Assembly (NCBI GenBank): GCA_002269645.1
Contig: NIVC01002479.1
Location: 106,665 to 170,664, forward strand
Length of the DNA stretch: 64,000 nucleotides
Direction: 5' to 3'
From: Macrostomum lignano
Taxonomy: Eukaryota
Below, one piece after another: positions 14,376-32,480 of this stretch; the stretch's first letter is position 1; each line of letters opens with the position of its first letter. The notes beneath the pieces were generated by a model that saw only the letters and a program-made list of their open reading frames with translations, had not been told where the DNA came from and ran no database searches. A program made the translations under genes and the position numbers.

Positions 14376-14863
14376 AGTGACAGGGGCAGACAGTGTTAAA
14401 GGGACAGACAGGCCTGGAAGCGGTGGCAGGCGTCGATGCAGTGACGGGTCCAATTAGAATAAAACTGGTCCCAGAACGGCAAACGCGCCAGCCAGTTCAG
14501 CTGGGATGCAGATGTGAATGTCTGCCAGAATCAGGCGCACATCTGAGCAGACAGGCAGGTGAGCCAGCTACTTCCAGCTCAAATCTGTGGCGGTCCACTT
14601 TGCGTGTCAGCCGGGATGAGCAGCCCATTGCCCCCCGAATTATCCTGACCGCTTCTTTTTACCGCGGGATTTTCAAGCACCCTTGCGATCCGCTCCTGTA
14701 AAAGGTGCGCTGACTCCAACCTTTGTCACGAGAAAATCATTCTAACCCTTCCTGAGCTCGAGTGGGGAAGAACCCACACCGGCCGGAAGGACTGATTTAA
14801 GAGCTAATCTCTTAATTGGAACTTGCTGTTCTGCCCGATAATTTAGCTTTCACCGAAGTGCTT

Positions 14864-15025
<162 letters not shown>

Positions 15026-15475
15026 TGGGAATCCTGGGAATCGATATCGCATGAATTTCGAGTCGGCCAGTCAGGCCGCATGCCGGCTGATCTCCCCATT
15101 TCCCAAGTCTGTCGTCAGGGCCTGCTCCCCCTCCCAGATACAGATCCCCAAGCGGGCTTCCACTTCCCAATGAAGCTGTCAACCCCAAACCGCCTTCTCC
15201 ATCATATCCAGGCTCCGAGCCGCTGCTTCGAGGGATCCGGCCACGGGGGCAGCTCAGAAATGATGCATCCCCTCAGCATCGCCTCAGGCTCAGCTGCCGG
15301 GCTGACTTCATGGCTGCAGCTGGCATTCGGAGATCAGGGCAGCCCCGGGACAAATTTTGCTGCAGTCATTTCTTTTGGGCTTCTTTCTGCTTTTAATGGA
15401 AGCAAAAAAGCTCGGGTTTGTGATAAAATTGTGACAAACATGTTGGAGGAGCAGATTGACCTAACAGGTGTAGAG

Positions 15476-16084
15476 GGAGAGATGGGAGAGGGAGATGGGG
15501 AGAGGGAGATGGGAGAGGGAGATGGGAGAGGGAGATGGGAGAGGGAGATGGGAGAGGGAGATGGGAGAGGGAGATGGGGAGAGGGAGATGGGAGAGGGAG
15601 ATGGGAGAGGGTGATGGGAGAGGGAGATGGGAGAGGAGATGGGAGAGGGAGATGGGAGAGGGAGATGGGAGAGGGAGATGGGAGAGGGAGATGGGAGAGG
15701 AGATGGGAGAGGGAGATGGGAGAGGAGATGGGAGAGGGAGATGGGAGAGGGAGATGGGAGAGGGAGATGGGAGAGGGAGATGGGAGAGGGAGATGGGAAA
15801 GGGAGATGGGAGAGGGAGATGGGAGAGGGAGATGGGAGAGGGAGATGGGAGAGGGAGACGGGAGAGGGAGATGGGAAAGGGAGATGGAGAGGGAGATGGA
15901 GAGGGAGATGGGAGAGGGAGATGGGAGAGGGAGATGGGAGAGGGAGATGGGAAAGGGAGATGGGAGAGGGAGATGGAGAGGGAGATGGGAGAGGGAGATG
16001 GGAGAGGGAGATGGAGAGGAGAATGGGAGAGGGAGATGGGAGAGGGAGATGGGAGAGGGAGATGGGAGAGGGAGATGGGAGAGG
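15476..16084. repeat. 13-bp minisatellite (gagagggagatgg)n
   Basis: Directly visible. Confidence 0.95.
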
Positions 16085-16467
16085 GTACTGCAGCAATGGG
16101 TTTGCAGCGTGAACACCAGAGGGACCGAACCGGTCTGTTATCTCAGCCAAGTCAGATGCTATAAACCTCCACCCCTGACCCCTTCATCCAGAACGTTGCA
16201 GACTCGTGCCCGAGATGCATTTAACTGTCCCCATTCACTCCATATAGTACTATCCTAATCTCTTTTTGGCTGACCATTCCAGAAGCCATAAAACTCTATC
16301 CTTGTCATTGGGGGGCATGGGGGTCTGCATCGATGCGATTGGCTCTCCCTCATCCTCCCCCTTATTTTCATCCCCGTTATTTAAAAAGCCAACAGAGATT
16401 TGCAAGCGGCCTGAGGTGCCTCATTCTGTTTCTCGATCCCCGAAGCGCTTGAGCGATTCTCCAATTC

Positions 16468-21290
<4,823 letters not shown>

Positions 21291-21301
<11 letters not shown>

Positions 21302-21829
21302 CTGGGCTATTCAGTGACTGGGCTATTCAGTGACTGGGCTATTCAGTGACTGGGCTATTCAGTGACTGGGCTATTCAGTGACTGTGCTATTCAGTGACTG
21401 GGCTATTCAGTGACTGGGCTATTCAGTGACTGGGCTATTCAGTGACTGGGCTATTCAGTGACTGGGCTATTCAGTGACTGGGCTATTCAGTGACTGGGCT
21501 ATTCAGTGACTGGGCTATTCAGTGACTGGGCTATTCAGTGACTGGGCTATTCAGTGACTGGGCTATTCAGTGACTGGGCTATTCAGTGACTGGGCTATTC
21601 AGTGACTGAGCTATTCAGTGACTGGGCTATTCAGTGACTGGGCTATTCAGTGACTGAGCTATTCAGTGACTGGGCTATTCAGTGACTGGGCTATTCAGTG
21701 ACTGGGCTATTCAGTGACTGGGCTATTCAGTGACTGGGCTATTCAGTGACTGGGCTATTCAGTGACTGGGCTATTCAGTGACTGGGCTATTCAGTGACTG
21801 GGCTATTCGGTGACTGGGCTATTCAGTGA
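21291..21829. repeat. 16-bp minisatellite (ctattcagtgactggg)n, about 33 copies, first unit overlaps complexin stop codon
   Basis: TGC ACT ATT CAG TGA is the first unit. Confidence 0.97.
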
Positions 21830-22321
21830 ATGAGCATAGGTTCTGTTACTGGATTAGAGTTTGACATCGTCTGTCAAAACATTTTTGTAAACTCGCTGTC
21901 ATCATCTGCAGCAACAAAATCTGTGAATCTTCAATTCTGTTCTTAGTTTTTTTTGTTTTCCGCAAGTTTCTCGATTTGGGTGATTTGTTTTGTTAAAACG
22001 CCCTAACCCGTACGATTAGAATTTTATAATCATTCTAGACTAGATCGTTTCTAGGCCATTCTAGAAAGTAATTATTTTATTTTATTTACAAGTCCCACAG
22101 AATCCCGAAGAATCGAGTCGAGTTAAATCAGGTTAATAAAATGTCAATCAAAACGAAGCTCTGCTTGATTATCGACTTCACTGAAAACAGCGATATTAAT
22201 TCTCCCCATTATAGTCCGTGTTGTGGGGCATGGCTGTTATGTGTAACACTTTATTTTTGTCTAATTTATTGCATGTAAATAACTGAGCTGAATAACATTG
22301 AAATTATCTCGAATATTTACA

Positions 22322-22378
22322 GGGGCAAGAATCGAACCTGCGACCTACGAAACAAGATTAGAACGCTTTGCGCGCCCC
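22322..22378 (-). other. Degenerate tRNA-like / SINE fragment (B box only)
   Basis: Minus strand aggtcgcaGGTTCGATTCttgcccc; no A box. Confidence 0.3.
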
Positions 22379-22570
22379 AGTGCTATTTAACAACAGTTTT
22401 TAATTATTTGAACTCGCGCCCATCAGAGAATATTAACAAAAAATGCAACTCAGTATCTTCACTGGCCAATGCACTTTAATTTTAATTACTGTCGTTAACT
22501 ATTATATAAGTGTAATTATTGCTAAATATATTCCTGTAATCGTGTTTGTGAATTGAAAATGCTTTGAGTT

Positions 22571-25500
22571 TTACATTATTGCACAACTACAAGATGGTGC
22601 AAATGTCTTTTGGAGGCCGGTTATCGCTACAAGAATGAATTGGCAAGATAGTACTAGTAACCATGCCGGTATCACAGTGACTAATACCGGTATCACAGTG
22701 ACTAATACCGGTATCACGGTGACTAATACCGGTATCACAGTGACCAATACCGGTATCACAGTGACTAATACCGGTATCACAGTGACCAATACCGGTATCA
22801 CAGTGACTAATACCGGTATCACAGTGACTAATACCGGTATCACGGTGACTAATACCGGTATCACAGTGACTAATACCGGTATCACGGTGACTAATACCGG
22901 TATCACAGTGACTAATACCGGTATCACGGTGACTAATACCGGTATCACAGTGACTAATACCGGTATCACAGTGACTAATACCGGTATCACAGTGACTAAT
23001 ACCGATATCACGGTGACTAATACCGGTATCACAGTGACTAATACCGGTATCACGGTGACTAATACCGGTATCACTTGACTTAGCTGCAGGGCTGTCCCGG
23101 AGGGGACACAGCGGGAAGGCGCGAGCGCCCATTCCGCTAGTCCCTGAACGGCCGACGCGTCGCTATGGACGGAGGGTTGGCGCCGCCCAGGGAGGTCCCC
23201 CAGTGTCGCCAGCAGCTATAATGCTCTCTGGAAAGGAGAGTTCAGCCCTGCGGGTGGCCCGAAGGTAGCGCATCAGCTGATTAAAGTTTTCGGGTTTGCA
23301 CGCTTCAGTAATAGATGTGTGTGGCCCGAGGTAAGTGAGTCTGGCCCGCGTGAAGGCGGGACAGATGCTGACGAAATGCTCAGCGGTTTCGTCACCTGAG
23401 TTGCAGAAACTACAGGTGGCGTTGGTGGCGTTGCCCTGCAGGTACTGGTGCCTGGAGAAGCAGCCGTGACCAGAGAGGGTCATGGTGGCAGCCCGGATGT
23501 CTCTGCGCGAGAGGCGCAAGAGGAGCTTCCGGAGCTGGTGAGAGGGCTGAGGGACAGCGCCTCTGGATTGCCTGCAGTTCGTGCGGTTCGCCCAAGTCGA
23601 GCGGTGCTGAGTCCTGATCCACGCTTTGATGCGCGAGTCGATGACACAGCCAGGAATCGGGACAAGAGGTTCGGATGCCGGGGTTGGCAGTAGCCTTCCC
23701 TTTGGCAGACTTTCCTCGGCGCATCTTGAGCTTGAGGGCACCCAGCTGGAAAGAGGATCCATTAGGGTACCGACTCGCCCAAGTGCTGGAAAGGCCGAGG
23801 ACAATTGAGTTGCCCGTCTCCCCCCTGCGGACTTTACGGTGATACACCAGTCCACTAGCAGGGAGGTCGGGGTTCAGACGCAGTAGGACCCGGCGAATAA
23901 CGTCTGGTCCAGCTGCGGTGCTCTTAGCAGGGACGAAAACCACATAGGGTATCGTCTTTGGACGCTGGCCCTCGCGAAGAAAAAGAGCTCCGCCAAGGTC
24001 AGCATCCAAGGAGACCGTCGGTAGCCGCTGAAGCAGCTGCCGAGCGTCCTCCTCGCTGCTAGGAGCAATAAGAACGAATGTGCTTCGCAGCACCATCCGC
24101 TCAATGCCGATGGAGATTCCCTCCTCGACAGTCAGCTCAATCAGATAGGAGTCAACAGCACTCCACACTTTTTGAAGCTGATCAGTGGTCCAGTCCTGGT
24201 CGCGACCTTGGATGATCACTCCCGGGATTTTGGCCTTGGCCTTCGCCGCAAAGGTAGCTCCCGAAGGAACCTCCTTGTTGGCAGTGGCCATTTGTTGCGC
24301 CGTGGTTTCGGCCTCAGCAGCCGCGGCAGCATCTCCAGGGAGCGCCGCCGCTGAACTACCGGAGCTTCCACCGGCCGGCCCGTCTGGTTGCCTTGGGACG
24401 CCAGTCGCTTCAGCATCCATGGTGGACGCCGCCGCTTTGGCCCCGCAGCTCCCTTCTTGGCCTGCCTTTTGGCGCGTTGTTTAGCGCGTTTGCGCTCAAG
24501 CCGAGCTCGCTGAGCTTCATCGGATCTGCCAGATTTGGCCGGTCCTTTAGGCTCAGAGCTCGCGGTTCCCTTAGATCCACCAGCGGAGCTGGCAGGTCTT
24601 TGGGTATTATGAGTTTGGTAGCTCTGGTCGGATCTGCCAGCAGAGCCAGCCGGTCCTTCCTTTGCCACAGTTGAATCAGTCGGTTGGGATCTGCCAGCAG
24701 GGCCGGCCGGTCCTTCGGACTGAGGTTGGGGTTTAGAAGGGTCCCCGTCCCTAGAAATAGCTTGGTTATCCATAGTCGGCTCGAAGGCCATGATAAAAGG
24801 TTGGTGGGCTACCCTCAAAGGGGCGCGGTACCCACCCGGCCGCTCCACCTGACCGGGCAGCAGGCCAATAGCACCCTCAAGGCTGGCCCGACACCAGGAG
24901 GGGGACAGCTAGCGACCGGACTACTCCCCGGCCTTCCAGCCCATCGGCACGGTCAACACCTTAGGCATTAGAGAGTATGTTGAGCAGTACCACGGCCTGC
25001 AGGTTGGCGAGCCAGACCCGCATACCCAAATTCGGCCGAAGTCACTGGATAGGGTCGCCAGCGCCGGAGCCCAGTCTGTCCAGCAGCCCTAGGGACTGCC
25101 TTGAACACACGCGGGGACGAGTACCCTGGGTCGACTTGCGAGACAGCGTGGGGGGGGGGGTCTGCGGCTGCCAGAGGCAAATAGAGGGTGCAGACCTCCC
25201 ACCAGCCTTGACCTGCTGAAGATAGGGGCAGGCGTGAAGCATCGCAGACCTTAGCCCATGGGCCTAGTCTGTCTCATACTTCACTGGCATGCTGAATACG
25301 CCTTAGCGTGCACTGTGTCACGGTATCACGGTGACTAATACCGGTATCACAGTGACTAATACCGGTATCACGGTGACCAATACCGGTATCACAGTGACTA
25401 ATACCGGTATCACAGTGACCAATACCGGTATCACAGTGACTAATACCGGTATCACAGTGACCAATACCGGTATCACAGTGGCTAATACCGGTATCACGGT

Positions 25501-26677
25501 GACTAATACCGGTATCACAGTGACCAATACCGGTATCACAGTGACTAATACCGGTATCACAGTGACCAATACCGGTATCACAGTGACTAATACCGGTATC
25601 ACAGTGACCAATACCGGTATCACAGTGACTAATACCGGTATCACAGTGACTAATACCGGTATCACAGTGACTAATACCGGTATCACGGTGACTAATACCG
25701 GTATCACTGTGACTAATACCGGTATCACAGTGACTAATACCGGTATCACAGTGACTAATACCGGTATCACGGTGACCAATACCGGTATCACAGTGACTAA
25801 TACCGGTATCACGGTGACCAATACCGGTATCACAGTGACTAATACCGGTATCACAGTGACCAATACCGGTATCACAGTGACTAATACCGGTATCACGGTG
25901 ACTAATACCGGTATCACAGTGACGAATACCGGTATCACAGTGACTAATACCGGTATCACGGTGACTAATACCGGTATCACAGTGACTAATACCGGTATCA
26001 CAGTGACTAATACCGGTATCACAGTGACTAATACCGGTATCACGGTGACTAATACCGGTATCACAGTGACTAATACCGGTATCACAGTGACTAATACCGG
26101 TATCACGGTGACTAATACCGGTATCACAGTGACTAATACCGGTATCACGGTGACTAATACCGGTATCACAGTGACTAATACCGGTATCACGGTGACTAAT
26201 ACCGGTATCACGGTGACCAATACCGGTATCACAGTGACTAATACCGGTATCACAGTGACTAATACCGGTATCACAGTGACTAATACCGGTATCACAGTGG
26301 CTAATACCGGTATCACAGTGACTAATACCGGTATCACAGTGACTAATACCGGTATCACGGTGACTAATACCGGTATCACGGTGACTAATACCGGTATCAC
26401 AGTGACTAATATTGGTATCACGGTGACTAATACCGGTATCACAGTGACTAATACCGGTATCACAGTGACTAATACCGGTATCACAGTGACTAATACCGGT
26501 ATCACAGTGACTAATACCGGTATCACAGTGACTAATACCGGTATCACAGTGACTAATACCGGTATCACAGTGACTAATACCGGTATCACAGTGACTAATA
26601 CCGGTATCACAGTGACTAATACCGGTATCTCTCTTACCAGCATCGCGCACTAATTTAAGCTCCACAGGTTTCGACTC
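22571..26677 (-). CDS. Last two exons of an unidentified gene ending in a CAAX motif (CAIM)
   Basis: Exon 26677-26638 (ESKPVELKLVRDA, acceptor ttttcag, donor G|GTAAGA) and exon 22626-22571 (AITGLQKTFAPSCSCAIM*, acceptor ttcttgtag); both phase 1; splice sites sit near the outer edges of the 21-bp array; upstream exons unresolved. Confidence 0.5.
22665..23074. repeat. 21-bp minisatellite (ccggtatcacRgtgactaata)n, left part
   Basis: Directly visible; interrupted by LINE. Confidence 0.97.
23075..25320 (-). mobile_element. Internally deleted LOA/R1-like non-LTR retrotransposon (ORF1 plus ORF2 C-terminus; EN/RT/RNase H absent), 2246 bp
   Basis: ORF1-like 24848-~23680 (one frameshift near 24440; LLRLNPDL...GNSIVLGL...LGALKL, DUF4780-like pattern from memory) fused to post-RNase H segment (SEPLVPIP...LSGHG...CSFCNSGDETAEHFVSICP); 9-bp TSD cggtatcac at 23066-23074 and 25321-25329. 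Confidence 0.85.
25070..25311 (-). ncRNA. Candidate HDV-like self-cleaving ribozyme at LINE 5' end
   Basis: P1 GCACGC(25311-25306)/GCGUGU(25112-25107) with G1-U wobble; P2 CCCA/UGGG; P3 GGG/CCC; L3 UACUCGU; P1.1 AC/GU; P4 GCAGUCC-CUA-GGGCUGC; J4/2 CAGA (catalytic C at 25078). Folded by hand. Confidence 0.7.
25321..26628. repeat. 21-bp minisatellite (ccggtatcacRgtgacYaata)n, right part, about 62 copies
   Basis: Same unit as 22665-23074. Confidence 0.97.
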
Positions 26678-27061
26678 CTGAAAACCTTATTCAAGACCTG
26701 AAGTCTTAAAACATCTCCATCACGGCTACGGTGCTTGCAGATAAGGGAAGGATTCCGCGTGAAAGATAAACACGGAGAGACAGCAGAGAGAGATTTTGGC
26801 CTGCAGTTGCTATGAATCTTGGAAGATTCCCAAATAGGCACCGTAGGCGGGCAAACAGTGCTAGCGGCAGGAGTTCGCACATCTCCAACCTCCCGTCAAC
26901 TCGCTTGTGTCACTAAAAGTCAAAAGGAGCGGAGTATTATAATATATTATAGTTTACCTGTGCATTTAGTTTACCGGTATCAATGTATATATTTAAGTAC
27001 AGTATGAATGGCGCTGTACTTATCTGTGCTAATAATTAATAATAAATGCATTCGCAAGATA

Positions 27062-27790
27062 GGAAGTTTCACAAGCTTGAAGTTTCACAAGGTTTAAATT
27101 TCACAAGCTTGAAGTTTCCCAAGCTTGAAGTTTCACAAGGTTTAAGTTTCACAAGGTTTAAGTTTCACAAGCTTTAAGTTTCACAGGCTTGAAGTTTTAC
27201 AAGCTTAAAGGTTCACAAGCTTGAAAGTTCACAAGGTTTAAGTTTCACAAGGTTTAAGTTTCACAAGGTTTAAGTTTCACAGGCTTGAAGTTTCACAAGC
27301 TTAAAGGTTCACAAGCTTGAAAATTCACAAGCTTGAAAGTTCACAAGCTTGAAGGTTCACAAGCTTGAAAATTCACAAGCTTGAAAATTCACAAGCTTGA
27401 AGGTTCACAAGCTTGAAAGTTCACAGGCTTGAAGGTTCACAAGCTTAAAGGTTCACAAGCTTGAAGGTTCACAAGCTTGAAGGTTCACAAGTTTGAAGGT
27501 TCACAAGCTTGAAGGTTTACAAGCTTGAAGGTTCACAAGCTTGAAGGTTCACAAGCTTGAAGGTTCACAAGCTTGTAGGTTCACAAGCTTGAAGGTTCAC
27601 AAGCTTGAAGGTTCACAAGCTTGAACTACAAGCTTGAAGGTTTACAAGGTTGTCACTTGTGAACAGGTTTAAAGGTTCACAAGCTTGAAGGTTCACAAGC
27701 TTGAAGGTTCACAAGCTTGAAGGTTCACAAGCTTGAAGGTTCACAAGCTTGAAGGTTCACAAGCTTGAAGGTTCACAAGCTTGAAGGTTC
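27062..27790. repeat. 16-bp minisatellite (gaaggttcacaagctt)n
   Basis: Directly visible; diverged left, homogeneous right. Confidence 0.95.
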
Positions 27791-28431
27791 AAAATTAAGC
27801 TTGAAACTTTATAAGCTTGAATTTTTTTAATTTATTAACACGGAAAAATATGAAAACGAAAATATAATTAATGAAATGATAAAAGTACTTTGGGTCGGAC
27901 TGTTCTGGTAGTTAGGGTCGAGTATAATACCCGCATAGACTTGCTCCTAGGCCAGGAAAGTGAAAGCAGCAGAATGATTGAGAGCTTAGGTGCCTTAGGG
28001 GGTTTTTAGCAATCGAACCCGCCCGCCCCCACGGCCTGCAGTGGCCGAGGAGGTCGAAGATTGAGGCCAAACTGTGTTATTTTTGCAATAATTGCTCATT
28101 AATAATTAATCAGGCAGTTTCTGTTCAAGCTGTATAACGAAAGGAAGCTGAAATCCGCATCTCAGGATTGGAGACGGTGGGGGCTGAGTGAGGAGGGCTC
28201 GAGCCAGAGCGAGTGCAGAGATGAGTATTTGAGTATCCCGAGAGAAAGTGCGTGCCGGCCCTAACTGAGCCTTGAGGGCGATGTGATCTTTTTTAACAAT
28301 TTCAAATTGCCATAGAGTAGAATATTGAACATTTCTAGTATGAGTTGCTTTGATGAACTTAGCTCAAAGGCATGGTTTAGTACTGTGCAACCGGTTAGCA
28401 TGTTTAGTTCTGTGCTTGCTCAGCTCTCAAT

Positions 28432-28622
28432 ATTCTCATATCTTTACTCTCATATCTTTACTCTCATATCTGTACTCTCATATCTGTACTCTCATATCTG
28501 TACTCTCATATCTTTACTCTCATATCTGTACTCTCATATCTGTACTCTCATATCTTTACTCTCATATCTGTACTCTCATATCTGTACTCTCATATCTGTA
28601 CTCTCATATCTGTATTCTCATT
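28432..28622. repeat. 14-bp minisatellite (tctKtactctcata)n
   Basis: Directly visible. Confidence 0.92.
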
Positions 28623-29114
28623 TCTCATAGTGTCTACCAGTAGCTAAATAGTCAAAGGATTATGAATTGTTACACATTTCATAATTAAAGTAAGTAGAGG
28701 GTAAGAATAATTCCCTCAAATCGAATTCGCCTACCAGATTAGAAATTTTTCCTCATTCTCGTTACCATAGAAACGTAAATTCAAAATTCTCCTGAAAGCC
28801 CGTTTTCGGTGTATTATCTGACAGAAACGCACAACCCAGGTGTGATAGCCCGGCCTCAGCTGGGGGGGGGCTTCTGAGGGGAGGATGGTTCCGGCTGTCA
28901 CAGCAGGATGCGGCAATTATCTGTCATTAGCGCTACTGTCTCTGACAAAAGTAGCCAAGCTGGGATTCTCAGAAATATAGCGCGAGTGTAGTTTCAGAGA
29001 AAATGACCCGGGAAACAGAAGAAGATTATTGTGTCCCCAGCTCCCTCCTAAAAGCATTCGAGCTGTGTTGCGCGGATGGCTCGTGTTTTTTCCGCTACAT
29101 CTAGCCAAGGCTTT

Positions 29115-29117
<3 letters not shown>

Positions 29118-29177
<60 letters not shown>
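29118..29177. repeat. (GA)n microsatellite
   Basis: Directly visible. Confidence 0.97.
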
Positions 29178-29181
<4 letters not shown>

Positions 29182-29394
29182 CTGATCCGAACCATACAAG
29201 GATCCGAAAAATGGGGATCCTATAATCGACTTCTTGTTAGGAATGCCCTCAGATGACGTCAGGTTGCATTTAATCAATTGTTATTCTAAGCACTTTCAAG
29301 TATATTGACTCTCCCACGAAATAATCACATGCTGGTATCGTCTCCTTGATATCTTTTCGGTACGCGATCATTTTGTTCACGTCATTTCATTACT

Positions 29395-29915
29395 CTGACA
29401 TTTTTTCGAGCTGTGACTTCTTCCTGACATTATTATCTATTGTGTCATGACTTCTCACTGACATTATATTCATTTCTTTATTTCTTTTAGCTCGTATCGG
29501 CATTTTAAATGCGTTATGACTTGTTCCTGAATTTCAAACTGCGTCATGACTTGTTATTGACATTCCTATGGCGTCATGACTTGTTCCTGACATTACAATC
29601 GTCTCATGACTCATTCCTGACATTTCAATTGCCTCATGATTTGCTACAGACATTCCTTTTGCGTCACGACTTATTCCTGACATTCCTATTGCCTCATGAC
29701 TCATTCCTGACATACCAATTGCCGCATGATTTGCTAAACTGACATTCCTATTGCGTCATGACTTATTCCTGCAATTCCTATTGCCTCATGACTCATTCCT
29801 GACATTCCCATTGCTTCATGACTCATTTCTGACAGTCCTATTGCCTCATGATTTGCTAAGCTGACATTCCTATTGCGTCACGACTTATTCCTGACATTCC
29901 TATTGCGTCACGACT
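29395..29915. repeat. Degenerate ~30-40-bp minisatellite (gacattcctattgcgtcatgacttattcct)n
   Basis: Recurrent tcatgact/ttcctgacatt motifs. Confidence 0.85.
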
Positions 29916-32289
29916 TACTCGTATTCCTAGCATAAATATGATAATCATAAATATTTACCTAGAGTCTTATTGTGCCACGATTCCAACCGGAAATTCTCAT
30001 TACTCTGCGACTGTCCACATAAATATTCTCAGTAGAAATAAACCTCTCTCGTCAAAAGCCTAATAAGTGGAAATACTACAGGATATTTTTAAAGCAAAAT
30101 AATTACGTGGTTATATAATGGCATGTGTGGTGCTCTAGCAAAAAAAAGTCCCACAAAGATGAAATGGCGATTCATATCGGTACGGAAAGTCAAAAATGCG
30201 GTTTTAAATGCCGCGGGCGCGGGATCGGGGCATTGGGGGATTCAATATGAAAAGAGGAATATGATCTAACTAGGTCAAAGGCTCGTGTGTTTCGATCTCA
30301 GTCGACTCCCATATGCATGCAGTTCCACTCAGGCCGCCCGCAGCTATCTGTTCAAGCAGTTTCGATAATAGTACACGCACACCCATCCAAGTCTGCATGC
30401 ATTTACAGTCAGCTGAGCTCAGCCATCAATATCGCGAATCATGTATTAATTTTAATTAACTTTCCATGCTTTCTATACACTCATATAAAATACGAAATGA
30501 ACGATCGTGTTTAATAATTACATTTTATAACATTATGATGGCATAAAATTCAGTGAACGAGTGAACCCACAGCCAAGCTACACATGGCTCACACACGGGG
30601 TGGAGTGGATTTTATGACTCGAGTGCGATTTTTTACACCTAGCTAAGCTACGACGTATATCGGCTTGAGTGCAATTGCTTATCTTTTTTAGCCTTCAGTC
30701 AACCGTGCGCATGCGTTGCGTGTGAAACCCAAACAAAATCAGCAGAGCTGCAGCGTCGATCTCAGGGGAGGTCGCACTCGTTCGCGAAATTGCACTGAGC
30801 AGGCGGGGCGCTCTGGGTCACGGGAAGCGTGAAGTGTATTAATTGCATAGATTAATTCTAATAAATCACGGGGACATCAATGGGACCGCTGGGTGCTCAT
30901 CAGGTGATGTGTAGGGGTAATGTTGGTAGCAGTGTCGCGGCGCTCACTAGTACTAGTAGTAAACACGTATGACTCACGTAAAACAGCCACAACCTGTGTG
31001 CTTAATTTAGGCTTGCGCGTGAAAATTTGGTGACAATGAGGGTTGTCGTGCGACCTAATATGACACGATAGGAAAGTCAGGGTCGCTGTACACCCTGTGT
31101 GAGCTGGTGTATGAGTGCGTGCCTGCTTGTACATGTAAGTCTCTGGAGTCTTCAGTAATCGAAGATCTGTGAATGCCCCGCTTTTACCCAGGACAGGCTC
31201 ACCTACGTACAGTACCTCGGCCGAAACCCGGACCTCTCCGACGTTTTCAGGCCCGAGAATCTCTGCTGCGCAGCTCGTCCGCTGCCTGAGGGCCACCGGG
31301 CGAGCGACCATCCACCTCCTGGACTCTCCTGAGGAGGACCGCGCTGTGGACACCACCGGATCTCCATGCGTGACACAGCAGCACCAGCTGCCCGTGGTCT
31401 CTAGTGGGTAAGCGGAATGGTCGGCCTCGCCTCCCCGCTCTATCCCGATGCCCGGTACTCCCCGCCGCGCTACCGTGCCCGCCACAGCTCTCCTTCGAAT
31501 ATTTATTGATTGCAACGGGTTGCTCATTGAAGTTTATATAAGGTTCACAAAGTGAAAATACACAAAACAGTACAATTGAAGATCAATCTTGTCAGCAACC
31601 CTCTACTCTCACTATAGACCCCTGGGGCTTGGCACAGCGCATGCAATTGGCAATAATACCTTCAAAACGGAACTTGGGCGACTTGTAAAACCAGAGAACT
31701 GTCACGATTTCCTGAAGCAATATATCTTCCAGTTAAACTGGCGACATTCTATAAATCTTGGCATCCGGTCCGGGCTAAGGCAATAGCGATTCCCTTTAAC
31801 TTCGCTTTTCAATCCAAGACGCGTACTGAGAGTCACGACACTTTGTTGATGAGATCTTCTTCGTGCAAATACACATAGGGTCAACCTATCATTAAGAGAT
31901 ACAGTGTGCACATGTCTACAGGAATTTTTTCCTCGCAGGCATTTGGCATTCCCTTTGGAAGATCTAACTCTTTTTGATAGTCAACAATCTCAAGTATCCA
32001 TTTTTATAAGGTCTTCTATACGAAAAAGTATTTCTATATTACAGTTGATTGGCATTTGAGCAAGTCCATGGAAAGTTATACTTGAATGTAGAAAAAATAG
32101 CCCAAGCTATGCAGATATTGATCTACATCGCAATTTCTCACATCAATATACTGTTTATCTTGGAATTGTTTGAGTCTGAAAATGCACTAAAACCTCGATG
32201 ATATTACTTGCTGATTCTGGTAAAGTAGTATAAATGTAAATCCAAAAGCATTTTTCTCAGTCAGCGTACCGGGTTGCTCCCGACCGCTC

Positions 32290-32480
32290 AGCCTAATTCG
32301 AGCTGATGAGAGCGTCGAGGCTCCTGAAACCATCCTGCTGCGTCGGTGGAGGCTTTAACTGGCACTAGGCCATCCGTGATCCGGGCTAAAGTCCTGCTGC
32401 TCACGCTTATATACGCGGCAAGGTCCGAATCCATCGATTAACGATCATGATACATGACTGTCTTCTGTGCAAGACTGGGG
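32290..32480 (+). mobile_element. Possible degenerate 3' end of an RTE-like LINE
   Basis: Broken LLRRWRL*LA(GH) and KVLLLTL resemble RTE post-RT motifs; weak. Confidence 0.3.

Noticed and set aside
30877-31527. 216-aa minus ORF and 80-aa plus ORF with a donor at about 31409
   Set aside because: No family recognised and no partner exons found; may be a real exon but unsupported
31604-31617. CTCACTATAG, similar to the T7 promoter core
   Set aside because: Partial 10-bp match without TAATACGA; expected by chance; no vector context
32303-32360. CTGATGA-gagc..gctc-ctGAAAC hammerhead-like motif
   Set aside because: Two extra bases before GAAA and no correctly placed NUH or stem I partner
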